Assembly: GCA_965655095.1 (NCBI GenBank)
Contig: OZ296656.1
Coordinates: 84,568,001-84,632,000, forward strand
DNA: 64,000 nucleotides
Source: Haplodiscus bocki
Lineage: Eukaryota
Reading direction: 5' to 3'
Part shown: piece after piece, positions 1 through 15,000 of the stretch
Numbering within the stretch: position 1 is the stretch's first letter
Layout: every line of letters begins with the position of its first letter
Notes under the pieces: model-generated
The model's input: only the letters and a program-made list of their open reading frames with translations
Database searches by the model: none
What the model was told of the DNA's origin: nothing
Position numbers and translations under genes: made by a program

Positions 1-3000
1 GCAATTAATCTTAATATCACCACTCATACTCGTAGAGCAGTGAGTTGACCTCATGTCAGTGAGGACAGTAATCAACATCACTTCAATAATGAACGCTCAC
101 CCTGGCAAGAAGCAACCAAAGAGGAACTCCGACCTCTTGAAAACAAATAGAAACGCCCAATTCCAGACAAAACATTCAACAAAAAAAGATCAGCTAACCA
201 ACACGGTAACGAAAAACTGTCTGCAATTAATCTTAATATCATCACTCAAACTCGTAGAGCTCCTGACAGCAAGGACAGTATTTTACTTCACCTGAATGAT
301 GAGAGCGAAACATGGCCAGAGACAATCACAGAGCACTCGGAACTCTTGCAAAAACTCAGAAATACGCCCGACAAATTGCAGACAAAAAATCCAACAAGAA
401 AAAGGTCAATTCAGTCAACACACGGAAAAGAAGGTAAAATATACCCTGGGTATCGAAGGGAAGCGACAGCAACTTGAACAGAAAAGTACCACAGTTCAAC
501 CTTATTATCATCACTAACTCGTAGAGCAGTGATTAAAACCCCTGACAGTCAGGACAGTATTTACCTTCGATTCAAAAATGAGAGCTCAGCAAGGCGAAAC
601 AACCACAGAGGACTCAGACCTCTTGCAAAAAATCGGAAATACGCCAGTCAACTTCCATACGAAACAATCATTAGAAAAAAGATCAATAGAGCCAACTAAA
701 ACAGAATCTGCTGGTGATATCGAATGGAAGGGAGAGCAACATAAACAAAAAACTGCATCAATTAAAAATGAAAAACATCACCAAACTCTTAGATCAGTGA
801 GTTGAGCTAATGTCAATGAAGACAGTAGTTAACATTAGCTCAATGATGAGAGCTCGACTTGGCAATAAAAACCTAAAAGCAACTCAGAGACCTTTTTGAA
901 ACCAATAGAAATTCGTCCTACCAAGATCCACACCAAGCATTCAACCAAAAAAACTAACCAGCCAACACAAGGCAAAGAAAACAAAATCTGCTGAGAGTAT
1001 CGAAGGGAAGCGAGACCAACTCTAACAAATAAAGTGGTCAGTTAAAACTTAATATCACCACTCAAACTCGTAGAGCACTGAGTTGAACTCATGTCAGTTA
1101 GGACAGTAATCAACATCACTTCAATAATGAACGCTCATCCTGGCAAGAAGCAACCAAAGAGGAACTCCAACCTCTTGAAAACAAACAGAAACGCCCAATT
1201 CCAGATGAAACATTCAACAAAAAATGATCAGCTAACCAACACGGTAACGAAAACAACTCTGCAATTAATCTTAATATCACCACTCAAACTCGTAGAGCAG
1301 TGAGTAAATTTCCTAATAGTCAGGACAGTATTTAGCTCCACCTCAATGATGAAAGATCAACATGGCCAGAAACAACCACAGAGGACTCAGACATGTTGCA
1401 ACAAAAAAAAACAGAAATCCGCCGGCCAGAATCCAGTCGAAACATTCAACAGGAACAAGATCAATTGAGCCAAAACACGGCTACGAAAACATAATCTGGT
1501 GGAGATATCGAATGCAAGCAAGAGTATCATAAACAGAAAACTGCATCAATTAAAAATGAAAAACATCACCACACTCTTAGATCAGTGAGTTGCGCTAATG
1601 TCAGTGAAGACAGTAGTTAACATCACCTCAATGATGAGAGCTCACACTGGCAGGAAAAACCTAAAAGCAACTCAGAGACCTTTTGGAAACATGTAGAAAT
1701 TCGTCTTACCAAGATCCACACCAAGCATTCAACCAAACAAACTAACCAGCCAACACACGGCAAAGAAAACAGAATCTGCTGAGAGTATCGAAGGGAAGTG
1801 AGACCAACTCAAACAAATAAAGTGGTCAGTTAAAAATTAATATCACCATTCAAACTCGTAGAGCAGTGAGTTGAGCTCATGTCAGTGAGGACAGTAATCA
1901 ACATAACTTCAATAATGAACGCTCATTCTGGCAAGAAGCAACCAAAGAGGAACTCCAACCTCTTGAAAACAAATAGAAACGCCCAATTCCAGATAAAACA
2001 CTCAACAAAAAATGATCAGCTAACCAACACGGTAACGAAAACAACTGTCTGCAATTAATCTTAATATCACCACTCATAATCGTAGAGCAGTGAGTTGAGC
2101 TCATGTCAGTGAGGACAGTAATCAAAATCACTTCAATAATGAACGCTCATCCTGGCAAGAAGCAACCAAAGAGGAACTCCGACCTCTTGAAAACAAATAG
2201 AAATGCCCAATTCCATATGAAACATTCAACAAAAAATTATCAACTAATCAACACGGTAACGAAAACAACTGTCTGCAATTAATCATAATATCATCACTCA
2301 AACTCGTAGAGCTCCTGACAGCAAGGACGGTATTTTACTTCACCTGAATGATGAGAGCGAAACATGGCCAGAGACAATCACAGAGCACTCGGAACTCTTG
2401 CAAAAACTCAGAAATACGCCGGACAAATTGCAGACAAAAAAGCCAACAAGAAAAAGGTCAATTCAGTCAACACACGGAAAAGAAGGTAAAATATACCCTG
2501 GGTATCGAAGGGAAGCGACAGCAACTTGAACAGAAAAGTACCACAGTTCAACCTTATTATCATCACTAACTCGTAGAGCAGTGATTAAAACCCCTGACAG
2601 TCAGGACAGTATTTAGCTTCAACTCAAAAATGAGAGCTCAGCAAGGCGAAACAACCACAGAGGACTCAGACCTCTTGCAAAAAATTGGAAAAACGCCAGT
2701 CAACTTCCAGACAAAACAATCATTAGGAAAAAGATCAATCGAGCCAACTAAAACAGAATCTGCTGGAGATATCGAATGCAAAGGAGAGCAACATAAACAA
2801 AAAACCGCATCAATTAAAAATGAAAAACATCACCAAACTCTTAGATCAGTGAGTTGAGCTAATGTCAATGAAGACAGTAGTTAACATCACCTCAATGACG
2901 AGAGCTCGATCTGGCAAGAAAAACCTAAAAGCAACTCAGAGACCTTTTGGAAACCAATAGAAATTCGTCACACCAAGATCCACACCAAGCATTCAACCAA

Positions 3001-6000
3001 AAAAACTAACCAGCCAACACAAGGCAAAGAAAACAAAATCTGCTGAGAGTATCGAAGGGAAGCGAGACCAACTCAAACAAATAAAGTGGTCAGTTAAAAT
3101 TTAATATCACCACTCAAACTCGTAAAGCAGTGAGTTGAGCTCATATCAGTGAGGACAGTAATCAACATCACTTCAATAATGAACGCTCACCCTGGCAAGA
3201 AGCAACCAAAGAGGAACTCCGACCTCTTGAAAACAAATAGAAACGCCCAATTCCAGACAAAACATTCAACAAAAAAAGATCAGCTAACCAACACGGTAAC
3301 GAAAAACTGTCTGCAATTAATCTTAATATCATCACTCAAACTCGTAGAGCTCCTGACAGCAAGGACAGTATTTTACTTCACCTGAATGATGAGAGCGAAA
3401 CATGGCCAGAGACAATCACAGAGCACTCGGAACTCTTGCAAAAACTCAGAAATACGCCCGACAAATTGCAGACAAAAAATCCAACAAGAAAAAGGTCAAT
3501 TCAGTCAACACACGGAAAAGAAGGTAAAATATACCCTGGGTATCAAAGGGAAGCGACAGCAACTTGAACAGAAAAGTACCACAGTTCAACCTTATTATCA
3601 TCACTAACTCGTAGAGCAGTGATTAAAACCCCTGACAGTCAGGACAGTATTTACCTTCGACTCAAAAATGAGAGCTCAGCAAGGCGAAACAACCACAGAG
3701 GACTCAGACCTCTTGCAAAAAATTGGAAAAACGCCAGTCAACTTCCAGACAAAACAATCATTAGGAAAAAGATCAATCGAGCCAACTAAAACAGAATCTG
3801 CTGGAGATATCGAATGGAAAGGAGAGCAACATAAACAAAAAACCGCATCAATTAAAAATGAAAAACATCACCAAACTCTTAGATCAGTGAGTTGAGCTAA
3901 TGTCAATGAAGACAGTAGTTAACATCACCTCAATGACGAGAGCTCGATCTGGCAAGAAAAACCTAAAAGCAACTCAGAGACCTTTTGGAAACCAAAAGAA
4001 ATTCGTCCCACCAAGATCCACACCAAGCATTCAACCAAAAAAACTAACCAGCCAACACAAGGCAAAGAAAACAAAATCTGCTGAGAGTATCGAAGGGAAG
4101 CGAGACCAACTCAAACAAATAAAGTGGTCAGTTAAAATTTAATATCACCACTCAAACTCGTAAAGCAGTGAGTTGAGCTCATATCAGTGAGGACAGTAAT
4201 CAACATCACTTCAATAATGAACGCTCACCCTGGCAAGAAGCAACCAAAGAGGAACTCCGACCTCTTGAAAACAAATAGAAACGCCCAATTCCAGACAAAA
4301 CATTCAACAAAAAAAGATCAGCTAACCAACACGGTAACGAAAAACTGTCTGCAATTAATCTTAATATCATCACTCAAACTCGTAGAGCTCCTGACAGCAA
4401 GGACAGTATTTTACTTCACCTGAATGATGAGAGCGAAACATGGCCAGAGACAATCACAGAGCACTCGGAACTCTTGCAAAAACTCAGAAATACGCCCGAC
4501 AAATTGCAGACAAAAAATCCAACAAGAAAAAGGTCAATTCAGTCAACACACGGAAAAGAAGGTAAAATATACCCTGGGTATCGAAGGGAAGCGACAGCAA
4601 CTTGAACAGAAAAGTACCACAGTTCAACCTTATTATCATCACTAACTCGTAGAGCAGTGATTAAAACCCCTGACAGTCAGGACAGTATTTACCTTCGACT
4701 CAAAAATGAGAGCTCAGCAAGGCGAAACAACCACAGAGGACTCAGACCTCTTGCAAAAAATTGGAAAAACGCCAGTCAACTTCCAGACGAAACAATCATT
4801 AGGAAAAAGATCAATCGAGCCAACTAAAACAGAATCTGCTGGAGGTATCGAATGGAAGGGAGAGCAACATAAACAAAAAACCGCATCAATTAAAAATGAA
4901 AAACATCACCAAACTCTTAGATCAGTGAGTTGAGCTAATGTCAATGAAGACAGTAGTTAACATCACCTCAATGACGAGAGCTCGATCTGGCAAGAAAAAC
5001 CTAAAAGCAACTCAGAGATCTTTTGGAAACCAATAGAAATTCGTCCTACCAAGATCCACATCAAGCAATCAACCAAAAAAACGAACCAGCCAACACAAGG
5101 CAAAGAAAACAAAATCTGCTGAGAGTATCGAAGGGAAGCGAGACCAACTCAAACAAATAAAGTGGTCAGTTAAAATTTAATATCACCACTCAAACTCGTA
5201 GAGCAGTGAGTTGAGCTCATGTCAGTGAGGACAGTAATCAACATCACTTCAATAATGAACGCTCATCCTGGCAAGAAGCAACCAAAGAGGAACTCCAACC
5301 TCTTGAAAACAAACAGAAACGCCCAATTCCAGATAAAACATTCAACAAAAAATGATCAGCTAACCAACACGGTAACGAAAACAACTGTCTGCAATTAATC
5401 TTAATATCACCACTCATACTCGTAGAGCAGTGAGTTGAGCTCATGTCAGTGAGGACAGTAATCAACATCACTTCAATAATGAACGCTCATCCTGGCAAGA
5501 AGCAACCAAAGAGGAACTCCAACCTCTTGAAAACAAACAGAAACGCCCAATTCCAGATAAAACATTCAACAAAAATGATCAGCTAACCAACACGGTAACG
5601 AAAACAACTGTCTGCAATTAATCTTAATATCACCACTCATACTCGTAGAGCAGTGAGTTGACCTCATGTCAGTGAGGACAGTAACCAACATCACTTCAAC
5701 AATGAACGCTCATCCTGGCAAGAAGCAAGCAAAGAGGAACTCCGACCTCTAGAAAACAAATAGAAATACCCAATTCCAGAAGAAACATTCAACAAAAAAT
5801 GATCAGCTAACCAACACGGTAACGAAAACAACTATCTACAGTTAATGTCAATATCATCACTGTAACTCGTAGAGCAGTGAGTAAATTTCCTAATAGTCAG
5901 GACAGTATTTAGCTTCACCTCAATGATGAAAGATCAACATGGCCAGAAACAACCACAGAGGACTCAGACATTGTGCAACAAAAAAAAAACAGAAATCGCC

Positions 6001-9000
6001 GGCCAGAATCCAGTTGAAACATTCAACAGGAACAAGATCAATTGAGCCAAAACACGGCTACGAAAACATAATCTGCTGGAGACATCGAATGCAAGCAAGA
6101 GTAACATAAACAGAAACTGCATCAATTAAAAATGAAAAGCATCACCAAACTCTTAGATCAGTGAGTTGAGCTAATGTCAAAGAAGACAGTAGTTAACATC
6201 ACCTCAATGATGAGAGCTCACATTGGCAGGAAAAACCTAAAAGCAACTCAGAGACCTTTTGGAAACCAATAGAAACTCGTCTTAACAAGATCCACACCAA
6301 GCATTCAACCAAAAAAACACACGGCCAACACACGGCAAAGAAAACAAAATCTGTTGAGAGTATCGAAGGGAAGCGAGACCAACGCAAACAAATAAAGTGG
6401 TCAGTTAAAATTTAATATCACCACTCAAACTCGTAGAGCAGTGAGTTGAGCTCATGTCAGTGAGGACAGTAATCAACATCACTTCGATAATGAACGCTCA
6501 TCCTGGCAAGAAGCAACCAAAGAGGAACTCCAACCTCTTGAAAACAAATAGAAACGCCCAATTCCAGATAAAACACTCAACAAAAAATGATCAGCTAACC
6601 AACACGGTAACGAAAACAACTGTCTGCAATTAATCTTAGTATCACCACTCATACTCGTAGAGCAGTGAGTTGAGCTCATGTCAGTGAGGACAGTAATCAA
6701 CATCACTTCAATAATCAACGCTCATCCTGGCAAGAATCAACCAAAGAGGAACTCCGACCTCTTGAAAACAAATAATAGAAATGCCCAATTCCAGATGAAA
6801 CATTCAACAAAAAATGATCAGCTAACCAACACGGTAACGAAAACAACTGTCTGCAATTAATCTTAATATCATCACTCAAACTCGTAGAGCTCCTGACAGT
6901 AAGGACAGTATTTTACTTCACCTGAATGATGAGAGCGAAACATGGCCAGAGACAATCACAGAACACTCGGAACTCTTGCAAAAACTCAGAAATACGCCCG
7001 ACAAATTGCAGACATAAAATCCAACAAGAAAAATATCAATTCAGTCAACACACCGAAAAGAAGGTAAAATATACCCGGGGTATCGTAAGGAAGCGACAGC
7101 AACTTGAACAGAAAAGTACCACAGTTCAACCTTATTATCATCACTAACTCGTAGAGCAGTGATTAAAACCCCCGACAGTCAGGACAGTATTTACCTTCAA
7201 CTCAAAAATGAGAGCTCAGCAAGGCGAAACAACCACAGAGGACTCAGACCTCTTGCAAAAAAATGGAAAAACGCCAGTCAACTTGCAGACGAAACAATCA
7301 TTAGGAAAAAGATCAATCGACCCAACTAAAACAGAATCTGCCGGAGATATCGAATGGAAGGGAGAGCAACATAAACAAAAAACTGCATCAATTAAAAATG
7401 AAAAACATCACCAAACACTTAGATCAGTGAGTTGAGCTAATGTCAATGAAGACAGTAGTTAACATCACCTCAATGATTAGAGCTCGACCCGGCAAGAAAA
7501 ACCTTAAAGCAACTCAGAGACCTTTTGGAAACCAATAGAAATTCGTCCCACCAAAATCCACACCAAACATTCAAACAAAAAAACTAACCAGCCAACAAAA
7601 GGCAAAGAAAACAAAATCTGCTGAGAGTATCGAAGGGAAGCGATACCAACTCAAACAAATAAAGTGGTCAGTTAAAACTTATTATCACCACTCAAACTCG
7701 TAGAGCAGTGAGTTGAGCTCATGTCAGTGAGGACAGTAATCAACATCACTTCAATAATGAAAGCTCATCCTGGCAAGAAGCAACCAAAGAGGATCTCCAA
7801 CCTCTTGAAAACAAATGGACACGCCCGATTCCAGATGACACAATCAACAAAAAATGATCAGCTAACCAACACGGTAACGAAAACAACTGTCTGCAATTAA
7901 TCTTAATATCACCACTCATACTCGTAGAGCAGTGAGTTGAGCTCATGTCAGTGAGGACAGTCATCAACATCACTTCGATAATGAACGCTCATCCTGGCAA
8001 GAAGCAATCAAAGAGGAACTCCGACCTCTTGAAAACAAATAGAAATGCCCAATTCCAGATGAAACATTCAACAAAAAATGATCAGCTAACCAACACGGTA
8101 ACGAAAACAACTCTCTGCAATTAATCTTAATATCATCACTCAAACTCGTAGAGCTCCTGACAGCAAGGACAGTATTTTACTTCACCTGAATGATGAGAGC
8201 GAAACATGGCCAGAGACAATCACAGAGCACTCGGAACTCTTGCAAAAACTCAGAAATACGCCCGACAAATTGCAGACAAAAAATCCAACAAGAAAAAGGT
8301 CAATTCAGTCAGCACACGGAAAAGAAGGTAAAATATACCCTGGGTATCGAAGGGAAGCGACAGCAACTTGAACAGAAAAGTACCACAGTTCAACCTTATT
8401 ATCATCACTAACTCGTAGAGCAGTGATTAAAACCCCTGACAGTCAGGACAGTATTTACCTTCGACTCAAAAATGAGAGCTCAGCAAGGCGAAACAACCAC
8501 AGAGGACTCAGACCTCTTGCAAAAAATTGGAAAAACGCCAGTCAACTTCCAGACGAAACAATCATTAGGAAAAAGATCAATCGAGCCAACTAAAACAGAA
8601 TCTGCTGGAGGTATCGAATGGAAGGGAGAGCAACATAAACAAAAAACCGCATCAATTAAAAATGAAAAACATCACCAAACTCTTAGATCAGTGAGTTGAG
8701 CTAAGGTCAATGAAGACAGTAGTTAACATCACCTCAATGACGAGAGCTCGATCTGGCAAGAAAAACCTAAAAGCAACTCAGAGATCTTTTGGAAACCAAT
8801 AGAAATTCGTCCTACCAAGATCCACATCAAGCAATCAACCAAAAAAACGAACCAGCCAACACAAGGCAAAGAAAACAAAATCTGCTGAGAGTATCGAAGG
8901 GAAGCGAGACCAACTCAAACAAATAAAGTGGTCAGTTAAAATTTAATATCACCACTCAAACTCGTAGAGCAGTGAGTTGAGCTCATGTCAGTGAGGACAG

Positions 9001-12000
9001 TAATCAACATCACTTCAATAATGAACGCTCATCCTGGCAAGAAGCAACCAAAGAGGAACTCCAACCTCTTGAAAACAAACGGAAACGCCCAATTCCAGAT
9101 AAAACATTCAACAAAAAATGATCAGCTAACCAACACGGTAACGAAAACAACTGTCTGCAATTAATCTTAATATCACCACTCATACTCGTAGAGCAGTGAG
9201 TTGAGCTCATGTCAGTGAGGACAGTAATCAACATCACTTCAATAATGAACGCTCATCCTGGCAAGAAGCAACCAAAGAGGAACTCCAACCTCTTGAAAAC
9301 AAACAGAAACGCCCAATTCCAGATAAAACATTCAACAAAAATGATCAGCTAACCAACACGGTAACGAAAACAACTGTCTGCAATTAATCTTAATATCACC
9401 ACTCATACTCGTAGAGCAGTGAGTTGACCTCATGTCAGTGAGGACAGTAACCAACATCACTTCAACAATGAACGCTCATCCTGGCAAGAAGCAAGCAAAG
9501 AGGAACTCCGACCTCTAGAAAACAAATAGAAATACCCAATTCCAGATAAAACATTCAACAAAAAATGATCAGCTAACCAACACGGTAACGAAAACAACTA
9601 TCTACAGTTAATGTCAATATCATCACTGTAACTCGTAGAGCAGTGAGTAAATTTCCTAATAGTCAGGACAGTATTTAGCTTCACCTCAATGATGAAAGAT
9701 CAACATGGCCAGAAACAACCACAGAGGACTCAGACATTGTGCAACAAAAAAAACAGAAATCGCCGGCCAAAATCCAGTCGAAACATTCAACAGGAACAAG
9801 ATCAATTGAGCCAAAACACGGCTACGAAAACATAATCTGCTGGAGACATCGAATGCAAGCAAGAGTAACATAAACAGAAACTGCATCAATTAAAAATGAA
9901 AAGCATCACCAAACTCTTAGATCAGTGAGTTGAGCTAATGTCAAAGAAGACAGTAGTTAACATCACCTCACTGATGAGAGCTCACATTGGCAGGAAAAAC
10001 CTAAAAGCAACTCAGAGACCTTTTGGAAACCAATAGAAACTCGTCTTAACAAGATCCACACCAAGCATTCAACCAAAAAAACACACGGCCAACACACGGC
10101 AAAGAAAACAAAATCTGTTGAGAGTATCGAAGGGAAGCGAGACCAACGCAAACAAATAAAGTGGTCAGTTAAAATTTAATATCACCACTCAAACTCGTAG
10201 AGCAGTGAGTTGAGCTCATGTCAGTGAGGACAGTAATCAACATCACTTCGATAATGAACGCTCATCCTGGCAAGAAGCAACCAAAGAGGAACTCCAACCT
10301 CTTGAAAACAAATAGAAACGCCCAATTCCAGATAAAACACTCAACAAAAAATGATCAGCTAACCAACACGGTAACGAAAACAACTGTCTGCAATTAATCT
10401 TAATATCACCACTCATACTCGTAGAGCAGTGAGTTGAGCTCATGTCAGTGAGGACAGTAATCAACATCACTTCAATAATCAACGCTCATCCTGGCAAGAA
10501 TCAACCAAAGAGGAACTCCGACCTCTTGAAAACAAATAATAGAAATGCCCAATTCCAGATGAAACATTCAACAAAAAATGATCAGCTAACCAACACGGTA
10601 ACGAAAACAACTGTCTGCAATTAATCTTAATATCATCACTCAAACTCGTAGAGCTCCTGACAGTAAGGACAGTATTTTACTTCACCTGAATGATGAGAGC
10701 GAAACATGGCCAGAGACAATCACAGAACACTCGGAACTCTTGCAAAAACTCAGAAATACGCCCGACAAATTGCAGACATAAAATCCAACAAGAAAAATAT
10801 CAATTCAGTCAACACACCGAAAAGAAGGTAAAATATACCCGGGGTATCGTAAGGAAGCGACAGCAACTTGAACAGAAAAGTACCACAGTTCAACCTTATT
10901 ATCATCACTAACTCGTAGAGCAGTGATTAAAACCCCCGACAGTCAGGACAGTATTTACCTTCAACTCAAAAATGAGAGCTCAGCAAGGCGAAACAACCAC
11001 AGAGGACTCAGACCTCTTGCAAAAAAATGGAAAAACGCCAGTCAACTTGCAGACGAAACAATCATTAGGAAAAAGATCAATCGACCCAACTAAAACAGAA
11101 TCTGCCGGAGATATCGAATGGAAGGGAGAGCAACATAAACAAAAAACTGCATCAATTAAAAATGAAAAACATCACCAAACACTTAGATCAGTGAGTTGAG
11201 CTAATGTCAATGAAGACAGTAGTTAACATCACCTCAATGATTAGAGCTCGACCCGGCAAGAAAAACCTTAAAGCAACTCAGAGACCTTTTGGAAACCAAT
11301 AGAAATTCGTCCCACCAAGATCCACACCAAACATTCAACCAAAAAAACTAACCAGCCAACAAAAGGCAAAGAAAACAAAATCTGCTGAGAGTATCGAAGG
11401 GAAGCGATACCAACTCAAACAAATAAAGTGGTCAGTTAAAACTTATTATCACCACTCAAACTCGTAGAGCAGTGAGTTGAGCTCATGTCAGTGAGGACAG
11501 TAATCAACATCACTTCAATAATGAAAGCTCATCCTGGCAAGAAGCAACCAAAGAGGAACTCCAACCTCTTGAAAACAAATGGACACGCCCGATTCCAGAT
11601 GACACAATCAACAAAAAATGATCAGCTAACCAACACGGTAACGAAAACAACTGTCTGCAATTAATCTTAATATCACCACTCATACTCGTAGAGCAGTGAG
11701 TTGAGCTCATGTCAGTGAGGACAGTCATCAACATCACTTCGATAATGAACGCTCATCCTGGCAAGAAGCAATCAAAGAGGAACTCCGACCTCTTGAAAAC
11801 AAATAGAAATGCCCAATTCCAGATGAAACATTCAACAAAAAATGATCAGCTAACCAACACGGTAACGAAAACAACTGTCTGCAATTAATCTTAATATCAT
11901 CACTCAAACTCGTAGAGCTCCTGACAGTAAGGACAGTATTTTACTTCACCTGAATGATGAGAGCGAAACATGGCCAGAGACAATCACAGAGCACTCGGAA

Positions 12001-15000
12001 CTCTTGCAAAAACTCAGAAATACGCCCGACAAATTGCAGACAAAAAAATCCAACAAGAAAGTTATCAATTCAGTCAACACACGGAAAAGAAGGTAAAACA
12101 TACCCGGGGTATCGAAGGGAAGCGAGAGCAACTTGAACAGAAAAGTACCACAGTTCAACCTTATTATTATCACTAACTCGTAGAGCAGTGATTAAAATCC
12201 CTGACAGTCAGGACAGTATTTACCTTCAACTCAAAAATGAGAACCCAGCAAGGCGAAACAACCACAGAGGACTCAGACCTCTCGCAAAAAATTGGAAATA
12301 CGCCAGTCAACTTCCAGACGAAACAATCATTAGGAAAAAGATCAAGCGAGCCAACACACGCCAACTACAACACAATCTGCTGGAGATATCGAATGGAAGG
12401 CAGAGCAACATAAACAAAAAACTGCACCAATTAAAAATGAAAAACATCACCAAACTTAGATGAGTGAGTTGAGCTAAAGTCAGTGAAGACAGTAGTTAAC
12501 ATCACCTCAAGGATGAGCGCTCAACCTGGCAAGAAAAACCTAAAAGCAACTCAGAGACCTTTTGGAAACCAATAGAAATTCGTCCTACCAAGATCCACAC
12601 CACGCATTCAACAAAAAAACTAACCAGCCAGCACACGGCAAAGAAAACAAAATCTGCTGAGAGTATCGAAGGGAAGCGAGACCAACTCAAACAAATAAAG
12701 TGGTCAGTTAAAATTTAATATCACCACTCAAACTCGTAGAGCAGTGAGTTGAGCTCATGTCAGTGAGGACAGTAATCAACATCACTTCAACAATGAACGC
12801 TCATCCTGGCAAGAAGCAACCAAAGAGGAACTCCGACCTCTTGAAAGCAAATAGAAACACCCAATTCCAGATAAAACATTCAACAAAGAAAGATCAGCTA
12901 ACCAACAAGGTAACGAAAACAACTGCCTGCAATTAATCTTAATATCATCACTCAAACTCGTAGAGCAGTGAGTTGAGCTCATGTCAGTGAGGACAGTAAT
13001 CAACATCACTTCCTTAACGAACGCTCATCCTGGCAAGAAGCAACCAAAGAGGAACTCCGACCTCTTGAAAACAAATAGAAATGCCCAATTCCATATAGAA
13101 CATTCAACAAAAAAAGATCAGCTAACCAACACGGCAACGAAAACAACTGTCTGCAATTAATGTTAATATCATCACTCAAACTCGTAGAGCTCCTGACAGT
13201 AAGGACAGTATTTAACTTCACCTGAATGATGAGAGCTCAACATGGCCAGAGACAATCACAAAGCAGTCGGAACTCTTGCAAAAACTCAGAAATACGCCCG
13301 ACAAATTGCAGACAAAAAAATCCAACACGAAAAAGATCAATTGATTGAACACACGGAAAAGAAGGTAAAATATACCCGGGGTATCGTAGGGAAGCGACAG
13401 CAACTTGAACAGAAAAGTGCCACAGTTCAACATTATTATCATCACTAACTCGTAGAGCAGTGATTAAAACCCCTGACAGTCAGGACAGTATTAACCTTCA
13501 ACTCAAAAATGAGAGCTCAGCAAGGCGAAACAACCACAGAGGACTCAGACCTCTTGCAAAAAATTGGAAAAACGCCAGTCAACTTCCAGACGAAACAATC
13601 ATTAGGAAAAAGATCAATCGAGCCAACTAAAACAGAATCTGCTGGAGATATCGAATGGAAGGGAGAGCAACATAAACAAAAAACCGCATCAATTAAAAAT
13701 GAAAAACATCACCAAACTCTTAGATCAGTGAGTTGAGCTCATGTCAGTGAGGACAGTAATCAACATAACTTCAACAACGAACGCTCATCCTGGCAAGAAG
13801 CAACCAAAGAGGAACTCCGACCTCTTGAAAGCAAATAGAAACACCCAATTCCAGATAAAACATTCAGCGAAAAAAGATCAGCTAACCAACACGGTAACGA
13901 AAACAACTGTCTGCAATTAATCTTAATATCATCACTCAAAGTCGTAGAGCTCCTGACAGAGGACAGTATTTAACTTCACCTGAATGGTGAGAGCTCAACA
14001 TGGCCAGAGACAATCACAGAACACTCGGAACTCTTGCAAAAAATCAAGAAAAACGCAGGCCAAACTGCAGACAAAAAACAAAACCAGAAAAAGATCAATT
14101 GAGTCAACACACGGAAAAGAAGGTAAAATATACCCGGGGTATCGTAGGGAAGCGACAGCAACTTGAACAGAAAAGTACCACAGTTCAACCTTATTATCAT
14201 CACTAACTCGTAGAGCAGTGATTAAAACCCCTGACAGTCAGGACAGTATTTACCTTCAACTCAAAAATGAGAGCTCAGCAAGGCGAAACAACCACAGGAA
14301 CTCAGACCTCTTGCAAAAAATTGGAAAAACGCCAGTCAACTTCCAGACGAAACAATCATTAGGAAAAAGATCCATCGAGCCAACTAAACCAGAATCTGCT
14401 GGAGATATCGAATGGAAGGGAGAGCAACATAAACAAAAAACTGCATCAATTAAAAATGAAAAACATCACCAAACTCTTAGATCAGTGAGTTGAGCTAATG
14501 TCAGTGAAGACAGTAGTAAACATCACCTCAATGATGAGAGCTCACCCTGGCAGGAAAAACCTAAAAGCAACTCAGAGACCTTTTGGAAACCAATAGAAAG
14601 TCGTCTTACCAAGATCCACACCAAGCATTCAACCAAAAAAAACTAACCAGCCAACACACGCCAAAGAAAACAAAATCTGCTGAGAGTATCGAAGGGAAGC
14701 GAGACCAACTCAAACAAATAAAGTGGTCAGTTAAAATTTAATATCACCACTCAAACTCGTAGAGCAGTGAGTTGAGCTCATGTCAGTGAGGACAGTAATC
14801 AACATCACTTGAACAATGAACGGTCATCCTGGCACGAAGCAAACAAAGAGGAACTCCGACCTCTTGAAAACAAATAGAAATGCCCAATTCCAGACAAAAC
14901 ATTCAACGAAAAAAGATCAGCTAACCAACACGGTAACGAAAACAACTGTCTGCAATTAATCTTAATATCACCACTCAAATTCGTAGAGCAGTGAGTTGAG

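Noticed and set aside
288-320. Hammerhead-ribozyme-like string ATGATGAG-AG-CGAAACATGGC in B monomers
   Set aside because: The core needs CUGANGA and a GUH cleavage triplet; both are mismatched and stem I is out of register. Other monomers read GAGCTCAAC, so the GAAA is a derived variant.
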